Assembly: GCA_030265395.1 (NCBI GenBank)
Contig: JARFYF010000002.1
Coordinates: 37,064,247-37,128,246, forward strand
DNA length: 64,000 nt
Source: Rhina ancylostomus
Taxonomy: Eukaryota
Direction: 5' to 3'
The notes beneath the pieces are model-generated. The model was not told where the DNA came from and ran no database searches. It saw only the letters and a list, made by a program, of their open reading frames with translations. Below, piece after piece: positions 40,220 to 54,282 of the stretch (position 1 is its first letter; every line of letters begins with the position of its first letter). Made by a program: the position numbers and the translations under genes.

Positions 40220-41062
40220 TGGTAGTAACATGCAGAGGGCATGTCCCAGATGGTTAGAGTCCTTAATGATGGATGCCACCTTCTTGAGGCACCTCCTCTT
40301 GAAGATGTCCTCAATGGCAGGAAGGATTGCACCTGTGATGGAGCTGGCTGAGTCTACAACCGTCTGCAGCCTCTTTCGCTCCTGTGCATTGGAGCATCCA
40401 TACCAGGCAGTGATGTAACCAGTCAGAATACACTCCACTGTACATCTGTAGAAATTTACAAGAATCTTTGGTGACATACCAAATCTCCTCAAACTCCTAA
40501 CAAAGTAGAACTGCTGGTGTGCCGCCTTCAAGATTGCATCAATGTATTGGGCCCAGGATAGATCCTCTGAGATGTTGATACCCAGGAACTTGAAGCTGCT
40601 CACCCTTTCCACTGCTGACCCCTAAATGAGCACTGGCATGTGTTCTCCCGACTTCCCCTTCCTGAAGTCCACAATCAGTTCCTTGATCTTGCTGATGTTG
40701 TTGTTGTGTGAGGTTATATTTGCGACATCACTCAACCAGCTGATCTATCTCACACCTGTATGCCGCCTCGTCGCCATCTGAGATTCTGTCCTTAACAATG
40801 GTATAGTAGGCGAATTTATAGATGGTGTTTGAGCTGTGCCTAGCCACACAGTCGTGAGTGTTAAGAGAGTAGAGCAATGGTCTAAGCACGCATCCTTGAG
40901 GTTCACCTGTGTGTTGATTGTCAGTGAGAAGGAGATGTTACTGCTGATCTGCACTGACTGTGGTCTCCCGATAAGGAAGTCGAGGATCCAATTGCAGAAG
41001 GAGATACAGAGGCCCAGGTTCCGAAGTTTGTTGATTAGTACTGAAGGGAAGATAGTGTTGAA
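40220..41062 (-). mobile_element. Rex1/Babar-clade LINE fragment (RT C-terminal region)
   Basis: Peptides [37 protein letters not shown] and ERVSSFKFLGINISEDLSW...LRRFGMS..ILVNFYRCTVECILTGYITAWYG. Confidence 0.9.
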
Positions 41063-43849
41063 CAAGTACTTTGGCTGGGCTACTCTTCCCACATGTTGCT
41101 ACCCCAGTGACTGCAGTATGGCTTTCCAGTGAAGGGTGCTGGCTTTTAATGGAGGAGGCTGCAGATTACTTTGCAGAAGCATTTCAGGTAGCTCTGGATC
41201 TAAAAGTTCCAGTACAGAGGACTGCAGTTGTGGTAGCTGACCAGCTGCAACGGTGGAAGTCAAATGCAGTCATACCAAGAGACAACAGTAGATTTGGCTT
41301 CCATGTAGCATCTGCCACATTTCAATGCTCCTCATTATCTGCTGGAGGAGGGACTGGATTGGTTGCAACATCCCACAAGCTCCTTTTAACATTGNNNNNN
41401 NNNNNNNNNNNNNNNNNNNNNNNNNNNNNNNNNNNNNNNNNNNNNNNNNNNNNNNNNNNNNNNNNNNNNNNNNNNNNNNNNNNNNNNNNNNNNNNNNNNN
41501 NNNNNNNNNNNNNNNNNNNNNNNNNNNNNNNNNNNNNNNNNNNNNNNNNNNNNNNNNNNNNNNNNNNNNNNNNNNNNNNNNNNNNNNNNNNNNNNNNNNN
41601 NNNNNNNNNNNNNNNNNNNNNNNNNNNNNNNNNNNNNNNNNNNNNNNNNNNNNNNNNNNNNNNNNNNNNNNNNNNNNNNNNNNNNNNNNNNNNNNNNNNN
41701 NNNNNNNNNNNNNNNNNNNNNNNNNNNNNNNNNNNNNNNNNNNNNNNNNNNNNNNNNNNNNNNNNNNNNNNNNNNNNNNNNNNNNNNNNNNNNNNNNNNN
41801 NNNNNNNNNNNNNNNNNNNNNNNNNNNNNNNNNNNNNNNNNNNNNNNNNNNNNNNNNNNNNNNNNNNNNNNNNNNNNNNNNNNNNNNNNNNNNNNNNNNN
41901 NNNNNNNNNNNNNNNNNNNNNNNNNNNNNNNNNNNNNNNNNNNNNNNNNNNNNNNNNNNNNNNNNNNNNNNNNNNNNNNNNNNNNNNNNNAGCAGAAATG
42001 TGCAAGGTTGCCATCTCGTGAGCTGGCATCTTTGTCCCCTGCTCTGGCTGCTGGCCACTCCACCCATGTGGAGATCAAAGCTCTGTACTGTTAGTGTCTG
42101 CGTCAGTTTATCTGCGTCATCACTCGCTTCTTGCTGTTTCTCCTTGGTTGTAGTTTGTGGGTATACGAGGTTAACATTGTAGAGAAAAGTTAGAAGCTGC
42201 AGCTCATAAATCAGAGTAGTGTGTAGTTTGAAGGGAAGGGGGGAGCAAGAAGGAAGACTAATGGTGAGGATATTGTCTCCAATGGTTTCATATTGCTCCG
42301 AGGGAGAGCCTCAGCAAAGGTCATTCCAAATGGTCAGACCAGCTCCTCCATTGGGTAATTAGGCCATACAGGCACATTGCTCCTTCCATTTCACTTCTGT
42401 GGTTTCTAATTGTGTGCTGCCTTATCCTTCAGGAGAGAAGGAAATGTCAATGAGCATTGTACAGTCTGCTTTGATGTTCTGCCTATATCATGGTTGAATA
42501 TTTGACAATGCATGCATGCTCTGAGTTACGTATGTGACCCTTGCAGCACAGCTAAGTGTACCAGGGTACGATGAAGTATCTATTTATTGGGAATGGGGGC
42601 TGATTGTTGGTTGGTGAGCAGCCTTTTATCCTTGTGGTGATTTTTGTTGGAATAGGAACTTGAAGATTCACTGATCTTGACCATCACGTGAGGCTATTGA
42701 ACTTCCTTCAGCACTATATCTAGTCCACAGGCTAGTGATTATACAGATGGCTTTCCAAGTATTTTCTGAATGTGTGTTGGATAAGCTTCCTGCTCAGTTT
42801 GGAAATAATGAAACACTCTCCTGCTTACTATTTCTAGCACCGAGGTCTCTAATGCAGCATCTGAGAACCTTGGAACCAGTGCTTTCCCATTTGATCCTCT
42901 CTGCTTCCAAGGCCAAAATTCACTTCCTGCACGACTGCTAGTTCCTGCTTTATGTATATTGTACCAACCTTTAAAATGTGAAAGTTAGCTTCGGGGCAGC
43001 ACAGCACAAACCACTCAGAATATTAACCCTGCTAATTAGATAAGATAAGAATCAACAACAAGATGTGAATGCTGACTAGGTGTGCAGCCCACATGGTATT
43101 GCCATCTTGCTTATGTTTCAATGAAAAGGTACAGGTTAATTTTGCTTAACAGTCCTACAACTAAATTTGAGGACTGTTGATTTTAGTTTCCAGTACTTTT
43201 CAAAATATTATTTATTTAGTAAAACTTTGTAGAGTACTATGAGTTCACATTAAGTTTGGTTATTGAATGAATGTTTGCAAGACATCCGATGTAGAAATTA
43301 CATTATTGTCCATTTACAAGAGGAAGCTATTAACCCAATGTGTTACTAGGGAAACTATTTCTAAATTTTTCAAGATTCACTTGTAAGTTATTTCTAAGAT
43401 AAAAATAGGTATGGCAAAAGTACAATACATCTTTGGTTTGGTGTTTGGGATGATTCCTCTTTGTTCCCACAACTTACTTCTCAGTTTTCCAAAATCAGAC
43501 TTTCAAAAGCATAGCTGGTTTTTGCTATCCTGTTGTTGACTTTATCATCAGTGTTGACTGATCATGAGAGAGTGCTGCCAAGGTGTATGAACTTGTCCAC
43601 TACCAAAAGCCTTTGACCATTCTTAGAAATGTTTGGTTCTGTCTGTGTGTGTGTGGGGAGGGGGGGTTGCTGGTGTTTGATCCAGGTTAAAGCATAATTT
43701 CTTTTTTCTTTGTGCTAATTATGAGGCCAAAGTTGCAACAGGCATTGGCAAATTTGTAAAAGCTTTCCTGCATATCAGCTTCTTAGCTTGCATTGAGTTC
43801 TCAGCAAAGTTGGTTTCTCATACTTTGGTTTTGGCTGGGAATCTCCCTA

Positions 43850-44530
43850 GGTTAAGAAGAGCACCATCAGTCCTGTATCATCATTATCAGGGTAAGCATC
43901 AGACAGCATTGCAGACCACATCATACTAAACAGTGTGGGGCAAGCATACAGCCTTAAGAGACATGGACAATGTACGGCAGACATGCCAGACAGCTTAACC
44001 ACTTCCACATGACCTGTCTGAGCAGAATACTTCATATCAAGTAGCAATTCAAGATTCCAGACACACAGATTCTGTCCTATACAAACCTCCCCAGCATTTA
44101 CACATTGCTGAAAGAATCATAGATCAGGTGGGCAGGACATGTCAGGAGAATGATGACAGAATACCAAAGCAGCAACTTTATCGAGAGCTGACTGAGAGCA
44201 AACGATCATGTGGTGGACAGAAAAAGTTTCAAAGACTCTTAAAATATCCCTGAAGAGTTTCAACATTGACACTTATCACTGGGAACAACTTTAGATTGTT
44301 ATGTTTATCACGCCGGCATAAAAGCTGTGCTCGCTCATATGAGGAAGCTAGAAAAGAGGAAGAGGAAAGGAGAATCTTGAAAATCAAGAACCACAGATGC
44401 TACAGCATCCCTACACCTCTGTCACCTGTGTGAAAGGAACTTTAAGCCTAGATTGGTCTAATCAGCCATCTCCATACACATCGCAACACTTTAGACTAGA
44501 TGTCATGGTCTTGACAACAAGTGATGAACA
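43850..44530 (+). mobile_element. RTE-clade LINE 3' fragment, decayed
   Basis: Frameshifted RWAGHVRRM..RIPKQ..YRELTESKRSCGGQK..FKDSLK, followed by a C-terminal C2H2-like CHLCERNF...GLISHLHTH. Confidence 0.8.
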
Positions 44531-45637
44531 ATAAATTTTTAAGATAGGGGAGTCAGTTTTAATTTTGTAAAATGGATGTAAAATGATATACTATCACAAC
44601 CCTCTGGATCAACAAAACAAAGACCAAAGGGTGTGTAATGAAAACTGTACTGATATCATTTCACACAATTGCTCTAGGTTACCACTCAATGATACAAAAT
44701 GCATAAGTAGAACAGAAAAACTGAACTAAACTTGAAGTTTGCATCATTGAACTACGTAGCTAATTGGAACTAATAATGTTTAAGCACTTAACAGATAATG
44801 TGTTCCCGCTGATATTTCTATTGATTTATTTGTGGGTAGCAATGGGCTATTTATTTTGCACTTTTGACACAAGTAGCTTCTGTGAATATCAACTCAGTTG
44901 TTCCCAGGTGGGCAGACATTATCTTTCGGCCAGATATTTGAAATGAACCTCAAAGCTAAAGCCTTGTCATATTATGTGGAAAGAATTTCTCAACACTTAC
45001 CAAAGGAAGACCCCACCATCTTCCAAAATTTAATTTTCCAACTCTTTAATCCACTGCTGCTGACAAAATGTGGATTCTTTCAATGTGTTTTAAATGTTTG
45101 GTTTGTGTGTGCAGCCACTGATTGAAATACCTTCACTTTCTGGCTGATGCTACTTTTAGAAAGGTGCCTCATTCAACTGCTGAGAACTTCATTAGTATCT
45201 TGCAATAGAAATTAAGTAGCAGAGAGCCATGAAGTAACAGGCCTGAGGCAGAGTCATGGATCCCCTTGTAGATTTTGTCATCTGGCTTTGCACAAGAAAC
45301 ATGCTTAATTATTATTCCCGTGTATTCTAAGTTGCAAAGATTACTTGACTCATTCCCAAAAGACTGACTTGCTAATTCAACTGGCACAATTTAGTACAAC
45401 TTAAATGAGAAATTAATTATCCAATAAGCTAGGGCAGACCACAATTTAAGAGATTTTTGTTTCACTGTTGCTGCTTTACTTCAAGGTCCAGGAGACCAGC
45501 AACTTTAAGCCAATTCTCTCAATGTCCACTGGCCCTCCCAACAACAAGGTGACATTATTTGGCTGCATGGCTTCCCAGAGAAATTCAACGCAATGTATTC
45601 TAACAGGCCAATTGAGAATAAACAGCAATTCCTTTAT

Positions 45638-45885
45638 GGAGTAATAAACAATCTGCTGGAGGAACTCAGCAGGTCAAGCAACATCTGTGGGTGGAAGGGA
45701 ATTGTCAACATTTCAGATTGAAACCCTGCATCAGGACTCCATGCAGGGTTGCAGTCCTGAGGCAGTGTTTTGGCCCAAAACATCAACAATTCCTTTCCCC
45801 TCCACAGATGCTGCTCGACCCACTGAGTTCTTCCAGCAGATTGTTTGTTGCTCCAGATTCCAGCATCTGCAGTTTCTTGTGTCTC
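45638..45885. mobile_element. Penelope-like foldback (inverted terminal-repeat pair, hairpin-forming)
   Basis: Arm aaacaatctgctggaggaactcag...catcaggact mirrors agtcctgaggc...ctgagttcttccagcagattgttt, giving arms of about 100 bp and a short spacer. Flanked by caattcc at 45626 and 45886. Confidence 0.8.
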
Positions 45886-46844
45886 CAATTCCGTTTTTGG
45901 TCTGGATTGTAGACAGGTGCTGGTTATTGAGGGCCATTGGCTCATCCTGTTAGGTCAAGTGTTGGGGCACACTGTTTCTGAGAGGACCTTCTTTGCTAAT
46001 TTTTTATGAATGATAAGACTGATGTAACTTTACAAGCTTGATGTGCCCTCTATGCCTTTTAATGGAAATGCTGTCCCTGCACTTTAAGACTGTGCAAAGA
46101 TGCCATTCAAGATATACATGGATTCTGCTCTGTTGCACTTTCAACAGCAGAGTTTATATTTGGAATTATGTCTGCTTTGCATTTTTCATTGCTTCACAAT
46201 TTTATATTAGCTAGAATTTGCATATTAGTTTTCTCAATCTCGTAGTCTAACTAATAAGAACCTTGGAGAGAAGTATTAACTTATATCATTTATTCATAGT
46301 TTCTACTGATATTCTGCTCAAAAAAAGGGCAGGAGAATTGGGACTCTCATTCTCCACTGTAACTGCAAAACCAAATGCAGGCATCGAAAAGTAGATGACA
46401 TGAGTCATCAGAAGTTACGTCTTCAAAAGAAATAACCAGTTAAAAGCTGAGAAGTTTTTTTTGAGTTCATTCTGAGTTCTCAGATTTAGTTAGATAAAGA
46501 ACAGAACAACTGTGTANNNNNNNNNNTATGTTACTCACATTACATTCAATTCCATTTCAGACAGAACCTAAAAGTGACAAAACCTATTGAATCACATTAC
46601 CTGGTTTTAAGCAGAGCAGACTACTTTATTGTTTAAAATAATTTTATGTAAAGGGTTGAAATTAACCCTTTGCAGACTTAGTTCCAAGAGACGAAATATA
46701 ATCTTGTCTACAGAAATACCACATTTTATTCAGATCATATTCCTGCGTTTGCTAGTTTAAATAGTTTCTGGTTTGGCAAACTTAAAAATTTCAGTGAAGG
46801 TTGTTACTTATAATACATTATGACAACATACCCTTGCTCCATGT

Positions 46845-47650
46845 TCTTCTTCTGAGGTAGTCCTTGGGATAGAAGATGACCTGCTTCCTGTGGTATGTAG
46901 GTTCTGAAGTGACTGATGAAGCCAGTGTGGGAATCATAGACTTTTCCACAGATGGGGCAGTAGTGCTGATGGTGCAGGCAGGTGGTGCACTCTTTCCTGT
47001 ATTCATCCCCTGGCTTCCATACACTGCCAATGCATGGGTGTGAGGTTCTCAGTGCCACTCTGAATGCTCCTTCTCCGCTTAGAGTGGCCAGAAGCCACGG
47101 ATCTCCAGAAGTCAGTTGGTTTGTTGCAATTTTTCAAGGGCCTTTTGAGAACATCCTTGAACCTCTGTTCATTTGCTAACCACTTCTCATGACAAAGCTT
47201 GGAATGCAGTAATCTACTGTCAGGCATTGGAGTTATATGATTTATTGCATAGATCGCCTTAGTACTGTGGATATTGCTCTAGGAGACGATGCTGATATTG
47301 TTTTGCTTATCTTTTCAGTGGATTCTGAGGATTTTGCAGAGGTGGTGGAATCCTCCAAGTCCACTAAAAGGATAAGCGGATCAATTGGATATCAATCCAA
47401 TACCTTCTGCTGCATACTTTAGAGAGTTCAAGTCTCAAAAGCAGATAGAAGGGCAGAATTCACTGGTGTCCAGTAAGACCACGAGTTTTGTACTGGGCTG
47501 GAGGTCTTGATTTTCAAATACACTTTTCTTCAGTCAGCCAGAGGTTGTGTTTGTGCACTGAAAATGAAGGTGAACTTCATTATCAATGTCTGCCTTTACT
47601 GAAAGGTGGCTCCTGAAATATGGAAAGAAACTACTTCCTTCCAGGGTCTT
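46845..47650 (-). mobile_element. RTE-clade LINE 3' fragment, decayed
   Basis: Minus-strand peptides MPDSRL...QRFKDVLK and zinc-finger-like CPICGKVYDSHTGFISHFRT. Confidence 0.75.
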
Positions 47651-48587
47651 GCCGTGAGTCTTTATTGTCAGAGGGCAGTATGATACAACAGGGGAAGTTT
47701 ACTTCCCCAGCGAGGTAACACTGTAAAACAAAAACCAAGAGAAAGTTTGCAGAAGACCTTTGTTTTGCAGATATTGAACGTAAGTTCCATCCTCTTATGT
47801 GTTTGAATGAATGAATCAGCTTCCGAACATGTGCAAATGCAAATATTGCCTATGGATTGCAGCTTGACCGTGAGGTTGGGGTGACCATGTGAGCATTGGG
47901 CTCAACAACATTTACCATCTTTGTGTTTGAAAAGAACTTTTGTTTCATATTTCTGTTCTGTTGGAAATAAATATTTTAGTAGTTTTAGCCTGATAAAGCT
48001 TCATGTTGTGCATAAATACCCACCAATTTGAAAACACATAGCATAGAACAAATTGCAGGAAGTAGAGCAAGTACTGCTTCAAGTCACATATATTAGCAAA
48101 AATGCAGTGCTTAATGGGTTGCAGCCATCCAAAGTGTTGAAAGTCCAGTTTTTCTTTGTTTAGAAGAACCAATTGTAACACTCACCAGTATCCTGCAACT
48201 TTATTGGCATGTTTGTTACATCAGAACTGATGGCAGGCATGGTTTAGGTGTTGGGTGCCAGAATACAACTGGTCAAAGCACAGTGCACCATGAACCTGTT
48301 CCAATAAAATGCAAGTTGGAAGCCTCCCTTCAATATTATAAGGACACTCAAGCAACATATCAGATGTGCTGGGCTCATTTGTATGGAGCGCATGGGTGGC
48401 ACTTCACAATTAGAGAAAAGCCATTCATTAGGTAGTACATCTCTAACATTTGGTTGCTGAGGCACTCAGTGCTTCACTATGCCTGGACAGTATGCTGAAA
48501 GTGCTACTAAAATATTTCATTGAACTAAGAAGAATAATTATGAAGCACCTTGTATTAACAGGTCAATGCATATGCAGTTAACTCCAT

Positions 48588-48805
48588 GAAATAGAACATG
48601 CATTGGAAGTACTCAGCATGTGAGCAACATATACAAACAGAGAAAATTATTTTAACATCTTTGGTAAATGACCTTTCATCAGAATGTTGACTTGAAGTGT
48701 TATCTCTGTTTTTCTCTCCATAGATACAGTTTGACTTGGTGAATATTCCAGCATTACATTTCTTTTATTTCAGATTTCTGCCAAACACAATATTTTGCTT
48801 TTGGA
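48588..48805. mobile_element. Old Penelope-like inverted pair
   Basis: ggaagtactcagcatg...acagagaa...gacctttcatcagaa, followed by the mirror gacttgaagtgttatctctgtt..tctctccatagat...tgaatattccagcat. Confidence 0.55.
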
Positions 48806-49399
48806 GACTTTTGAACTCGTACAAACTTTGTAAGAGTATGGCCATGTGACAAAGGTCAGAATTACTAATATTTACTGTTAAGGATTAGTGACTGAAACTT
48901 AAAGTACACCGATGTAGTTTCAGAAGATCTGAAGCCTCTCTTGGGAACATTTGAATAATGAGCTCACAGACTGGCTTCAAGTATACAAGGTGGACCAAAC
49001 TTCAGAAACTGCAGATCAGGTTACTCCAAGACTTTGAAAATTCACTTCTGCAAAACTGTAATATAAATTGTATTGACTTCCATTTGATTTTCAATTGGAA
49101 ATCTTGTGCTTCTTTTAGGAAGTACAGCTCAATAGGAACTGATTTAATCCCTAGTCCATACAGTTAGTTTAATGTTCACTTTTATAAAATGTGATCAATT
49201 ACTGTAATGGAATCAAGCAAAGGTGAATTTTTTTTCCTTATGTCAGGCAAGACGATCCTCTCTGTTATCAGTAGATCCATTTTACATGTTAGCACTGATA
49301 CAGGATGCATACAGTCACATTTTGGCCAGTATGTTTTAATCTTGAATGACACGCTTAATTTATCATTGCAAAATACTTTTAGTACTGCCGCAGTGGTGA

Positions 49400-49542
49400 C
49401 TGACCTACAACCACCAACACTTCACCCTGATTCACCTACATAAACCAATGATTACATTTCAAAAGTAATTCATTGCTTGTGGAGCTCTTTGAGACATTTC
49501 AGAGGGCCATGATGAAGTGTTTATAGAAATGCAAGACTTTCA
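49400..49542 (+). mobile_element. Old SINE 3' tail (DeuSINE-like)
   Basis: gattacatttcaaaagtaattcattgcttgtggagctctttgagaca...tatagaaatgcaagactttc. Confidence 0.5.
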
Positions 49543-49747
49543 TTTTCCCATTCATTCCAGTTCAAAAGGCTCAACGAAGACATGAATCAAATTTTGATCA
49601 TTGCATTGTGGGGTGTTTTTTACAGTTTGGGTTGCACATTGTATGAAAATTTCACCGTTGCTTTTAAGTCCTAACTTTCTGACTGGGAGCTTCCAGTATG
49701 GAAAAGCACCTCATATGGAGCACTGCTTGGAAAATTACCAGCCCTTA

Positions 49748-50055
49748 GATCAGAATCAGATTTATTATCACTGACATATGACATGAAATTTGTTGTTTTG
49801 TGGCAGCAGTACAGTGCAAAGACATAAAAATCTATAAGTTACAAAAATAAATAAATAATGCAAAAAAAAGGTATAATGAGGTAGTGTTCATTGGTTCATG
49901 GATTGTTCAAAGATCTGATGCCAGAGGGGAAAATACTGTTCCTGAATCATTAAGTTTGGATCTTGAGGCTCCTGTACCTCCTCCCCGATAGCAGTAATGA
50001 GAAGAGGACATGTCCTGGATGGTGAGGGCCCTTAATGATGGATGCCGCTGCCTCC
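49748..50055 (-). mobile_element. Rex1/Babar LINE extreme 3' end
   Basis: Short-repeat tail gatcagaatcagatttattatcactgac. The segment catgtcctggatggtgagggcccttaatgatggatgcc matches 40240-40280. Confidence 0.8.
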
Positions 50056-50849
50056 TTTTTTTCATTGAAATTTCAGAAAAAATTACATCCTTTGGACTTG
50101 CATTTTCCCAAGCAGGATTCCCAATGAGAATGCCTCTCATGTTGAGAGGGCCCAGCTGAAAACCTTTGTCACAGTGCAGATGGCTTTGTGATGCTTTGGT
50201 TGTGCTATACAAATATTAGGATGAGGTATACTGCAGGAAATTGACACCGAACCAGCAACTGGATCATCTGGCATTCTCTGTGCTATGGCAGGATTCCACC
50301 GTGAAACCAACGTGTGGGCTCAAAGCAATATTGCAAATCCCAAGGGTGGCCTTTTAATAATGTATTCCTACTGGGGCCCAGGCGGAGTGCATTTCCTAAA
50401 TGTATTAACCTTTAATAGAGGACCTGGGGTTGCCAATACAATTTCTAATGTCTCAGTAGTCATAGATGGTTTTGTGGAGACAGGTGGTTTAGGAAAAGTA
50501 TAACAATTAAACCATTTTCTGCTACAGTGACTTGCTCAGTTACCTGTCAATGTGCTTCTCTGCTCGACTGATTCCTGTTGAATCTGTGAAGATGTTAAAA
50601 TGATGACTGAAGTCCTGATTTAAATGAATGCAAAATGCCTCACATGCAGTGGCATATTTAATGTAGGATAAGTGGTTTTGCTGTGGGCTAAACCCTTGAT
50701 CAACACTGTCAGGTTTAGGTCTCTGTATTTACAGATGGGCTCTAGGATTCTGGTTTAACATTTGTAAAATGTATGATCATTACAGGTGCACAGGAGGCTC
50801 CACGATATGTACAATGCTGGTTTCCAATACATCGCAAAGATATATGAAA

Positions 50850-51135
50850 AAGTATCTAGATTGCTGCACTTCCTTAACATTGGCATCTTGAGAATCCAGG
50901 ATTTTAATCACATTGCATTGGCCATATCTTCAGCCTTTAAGCTCTGAAGTCTATCCCTAAACCATTCTGTCTTGCTATCTCTTCATATTAAAGATACTCC
51001 TGAAAACCTACACTGAATAAACTATTGTTTATCTGAATTGATATCTCCTTTAGAGGCTGGATATCAAATTTTGTTTGTCAGAACCTCTGTGAAGGATCTT
51101 GACATAGTTTGCCATGTTAAATACACTGTAGTCTT
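50850..51135 (+). mobile_element. Decayed L2-like LINE 3' end
   Basis: tggcatcttgagaatcc..gattttaatca...cattggcc...ttcagc...ccctaaacc...aagatactcctgaaaacctac. Confidence 0.5.
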
Positions 51136-54100
51136 GAATACTTTCTAAATTGCAAGTTCATGGTAATGGCATCCTGAATACCCATATTTAAGCCATGTAT
51201 ATATAAATCAATATGAAATTTAAAAGTTGACATTAGATGAGCAATTTTTTGTTTGCTCCTATGATTTTGTTTGGACTTCATGTAATGGTTACAAATGTCA
51301 TAATAAGAACTGAGCAGAGAAATCCCCATTGTAGAACACTGAATTCTAAACAAAATATGAGAAATTAAAATAAATTTAGAATGCAGAGAGAAATACTGGG
51401 GTCATTTTCAATTTTGTCTGCATAAGATCCCAACAGAATCCATCACCAGGCCTATGTCAAATCCACCCTACTTTCAGCCAGCAAAATAAATCCTTCTATA
51501 CACAACAAATCAACAATGATTTTGAACAAATTCTCTGATTTGATGCTAAAAATGGGAGCTCCTGTCTTTCTGCCCTTTCACAGCAGCTCTTATTTTGATC
51601 AAACAATCAAGGATGGTATTGCTCTTTCATGTTCACATTAGTAATCTTTAGTATCTCTCTGCATTCCAACCTTTCGTGTTTTGGAAACCAGTTAGAATTA
51701 GCTGTTTTTTTTAAAGAAAACTTGAAACTGTCATTTTAGAAGCAAGGAAAATCTTTTCATCTTGTCTTCACAAGCCAGTGCTTTGGGTGTCAATGGCCAG
51801 TAGTTTCTAGTCGTTGAGCTACTGACATTGCTGTCTGAAGACAATTACTTCCTCACGTCAGTTAGTGGCCAGACATGAAAACTATTTTCTCACATGAGGT
51901 GGCTGCTGTGCCAATCCCTATTTAGTGTTCCAGACTGCAAGTATACTGAAAGGACCCTACAGGAGTATTGCCAAGCTGTTTCTCATACCCTATGAAACCC
52001 AAAGGGTTGCTAATGGGATCCTTTGGATTTTCTGATGAGGGAAACACTTAAATTAATTGGTATTAAATTATCAAGTCAACATTGAATTCTCTTTGTTTTT
52101 TTCACTTTACTTGTGGCTGCCTGTGTTAACAGCCCTGTAATTGATGTGAACAAGTGAATAAGTAGTCAGCAGCAAGTATTTCAATTACAGCAAGGAGTCT
52201 CTGTCATTGCCACCTCGCCTACGGCATAGGAANNNNNNNNAAAATGCATTATAGGTCGTCAGGTCATAAATCTTCGGGAGAAAATTGGCAGCTGTCACCA
52301 AGAACGGATGACAGTAGTTGTAGCAACAGAGATTAAATGAGCAACCCATGAGGATGCTCCAGTCTCAGGAGAGATGCAGACGGTGGGGAGGTGGGAGGGT
52401 GTTGGGGAGGATATGTCGTAATCTAGGAGTAATTTCAAACCTCTTGTACCCATGGGATATGATATTTATAACTGAAACAGATGGTTATTGTTTATTTCAA
52501 TGGAAGCTAAAGGGAGAGAAAATTAAAATATTAGCATCAAATAATTGATGTGGAGAAATGAATCTTAATACTCATCACCCCAAAGCACTCTCTTTGAAAG
52601 GCATTGTTATGAAATCGTATTAAAGGGTGTTTTTGTGTCTATGGACATCCCACGCTTGACAGAGTTTTCAGACTGTCTTTTTTTTATTGGAAACAGAGTC
52701 CAAGAGACTCAAAGAAACGTAAAAAAAAAAGGCTTTAGTTTTTTTCCAGCAAGGCAAAAGTTCTTGATTTATGTTGTGGCAGTACACCTCTTAAATTACG
52801 TCTCTCAAACTATATCTATTCCAGTTCTCCGCAAAGCTTGTTCCCATTCCCAGATGAACAGCTAACATTGTTACAGAATTTTATTTTGTTATTAAATAAA
52901 CCTCTACTAGAATTCATTAAAAATAATCCTGTATACGGTGTATGCTGTCCTTTGATTTGGGCAGAATGGACAAATGATGGTCAAAGTTCACACGAAAGCC
53001 TAGATTTTAAATAATCAAATAATATTATACTATTTATTTTGTAAATTAAAATATCACAGTGAACATCATTCTGATATGGAGAAACTATTTAATATTTTGT
53101 GAAAAGAATAATTTATTAGCTTTTTCTTTCCACCTTTTCCTCAATTCTTCTCTGGACATATTCTGTTAAATGCTACTCTTTGAATAGTATTGTAACTGAA
53201 CATGTGAACAATTTACTATAAACTTTGCCAGGTTTAATTGTACAGCATTTCATTATAATTCATTCACATTAAACATCTGGTATAACACAGCACAAAATTA
53301 GTTATTAATTAGTACAATATGTAGTTTTATTTATTGAAATAATTGCATCTGTACCTGGAAGAAGGTTGGTGAATGATTTTATTACCAATATCTAGATACA
53401 TCTGAATTGAAGGCCAAAATGCAATTTCTGTTTAAAACAAAATTCTCCTGTTCTAACTCATTTTATGAAACATTTAAATGGGTCTGAAATTCCATGTAGT
53501 TTCCTCATTCCTGCTGTGACTTCAAGGGGAGATGACTATTGCCACTTCCTCTGCAGGCTTTTCTGATTTCCCACGAGAGGAATCATCTTGCAGTTTTCAA
53601 GCCTCTTACCTAGTGCACACAAATGCAGGTTCCTTTTAAGGAATATCCACATAGGGATACAGGGTGAAGTCGATATCTCGTATTTACACGGCCATCCCCA
53701 AACTAGTATGAACCACACTCTTCCAGGGTGCTGTCAGAAATTCCAGTTTAAATAGCAGTCATCCAAAGGATGAGTGGCTATGGTGCACATTTCTCATCTG
53801 CCACAGAAATGTTTCCGTTATGATTGTGATTACTTTAGAAAGTTGGGAAAGTATTATTAGAATGAGCAGAAAAGATGAATGGCTGTTGGACACTTTTGAG
53901 ATGCAGATTTATTTATGCAGAGAGAAAAAACATATTTCAGAGCAACAATCCTTTCCTCTCTTCTTTACTATAACAATAATCTGCAGGTATTTTTGCTGCC
54001 TGAATTTAAATAAATTTACATAATTTTCTCTCAAAACAAATCATTGTTATTTTGCGTTGTGCTGAACAAAACCATCTTCCCGTATTTGCACTTTAATTTA

Positions 54101-54282
54101 AATTTCTATTATGGCTATAAACATTAACGAGCTCTGATTTGAATATTTATAAGATCCCAAATGAAAATAATAGGAAGTGTTTTAATGAAACTGCAGAGAT
54201 ATGCGACTGATTGCTTTTGACATTTGATTTCAGTCTTGGAGGGAGTTTGTCTAATGCTTATTGACATTACTTGTCCAAATAG

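Larger units (their letters stand above)
1..54282 (+). other. Large intron of the EphA7-like gene (upstream of the FN3-2 exons; its 5' end lies outside the window)
   Basis: No exon encoding the first FN3 domain is visible upstream, and the intron ends at AG 54281-54282. An exon hidden in an N gap cannot be excluded. Confidence 0.7.

Noticed and set aside
50285-50503. 72-aa ORF with plausible amino-acid composition
   Set aside because: No recognisable domain, no splice support, and a length expected by chance.
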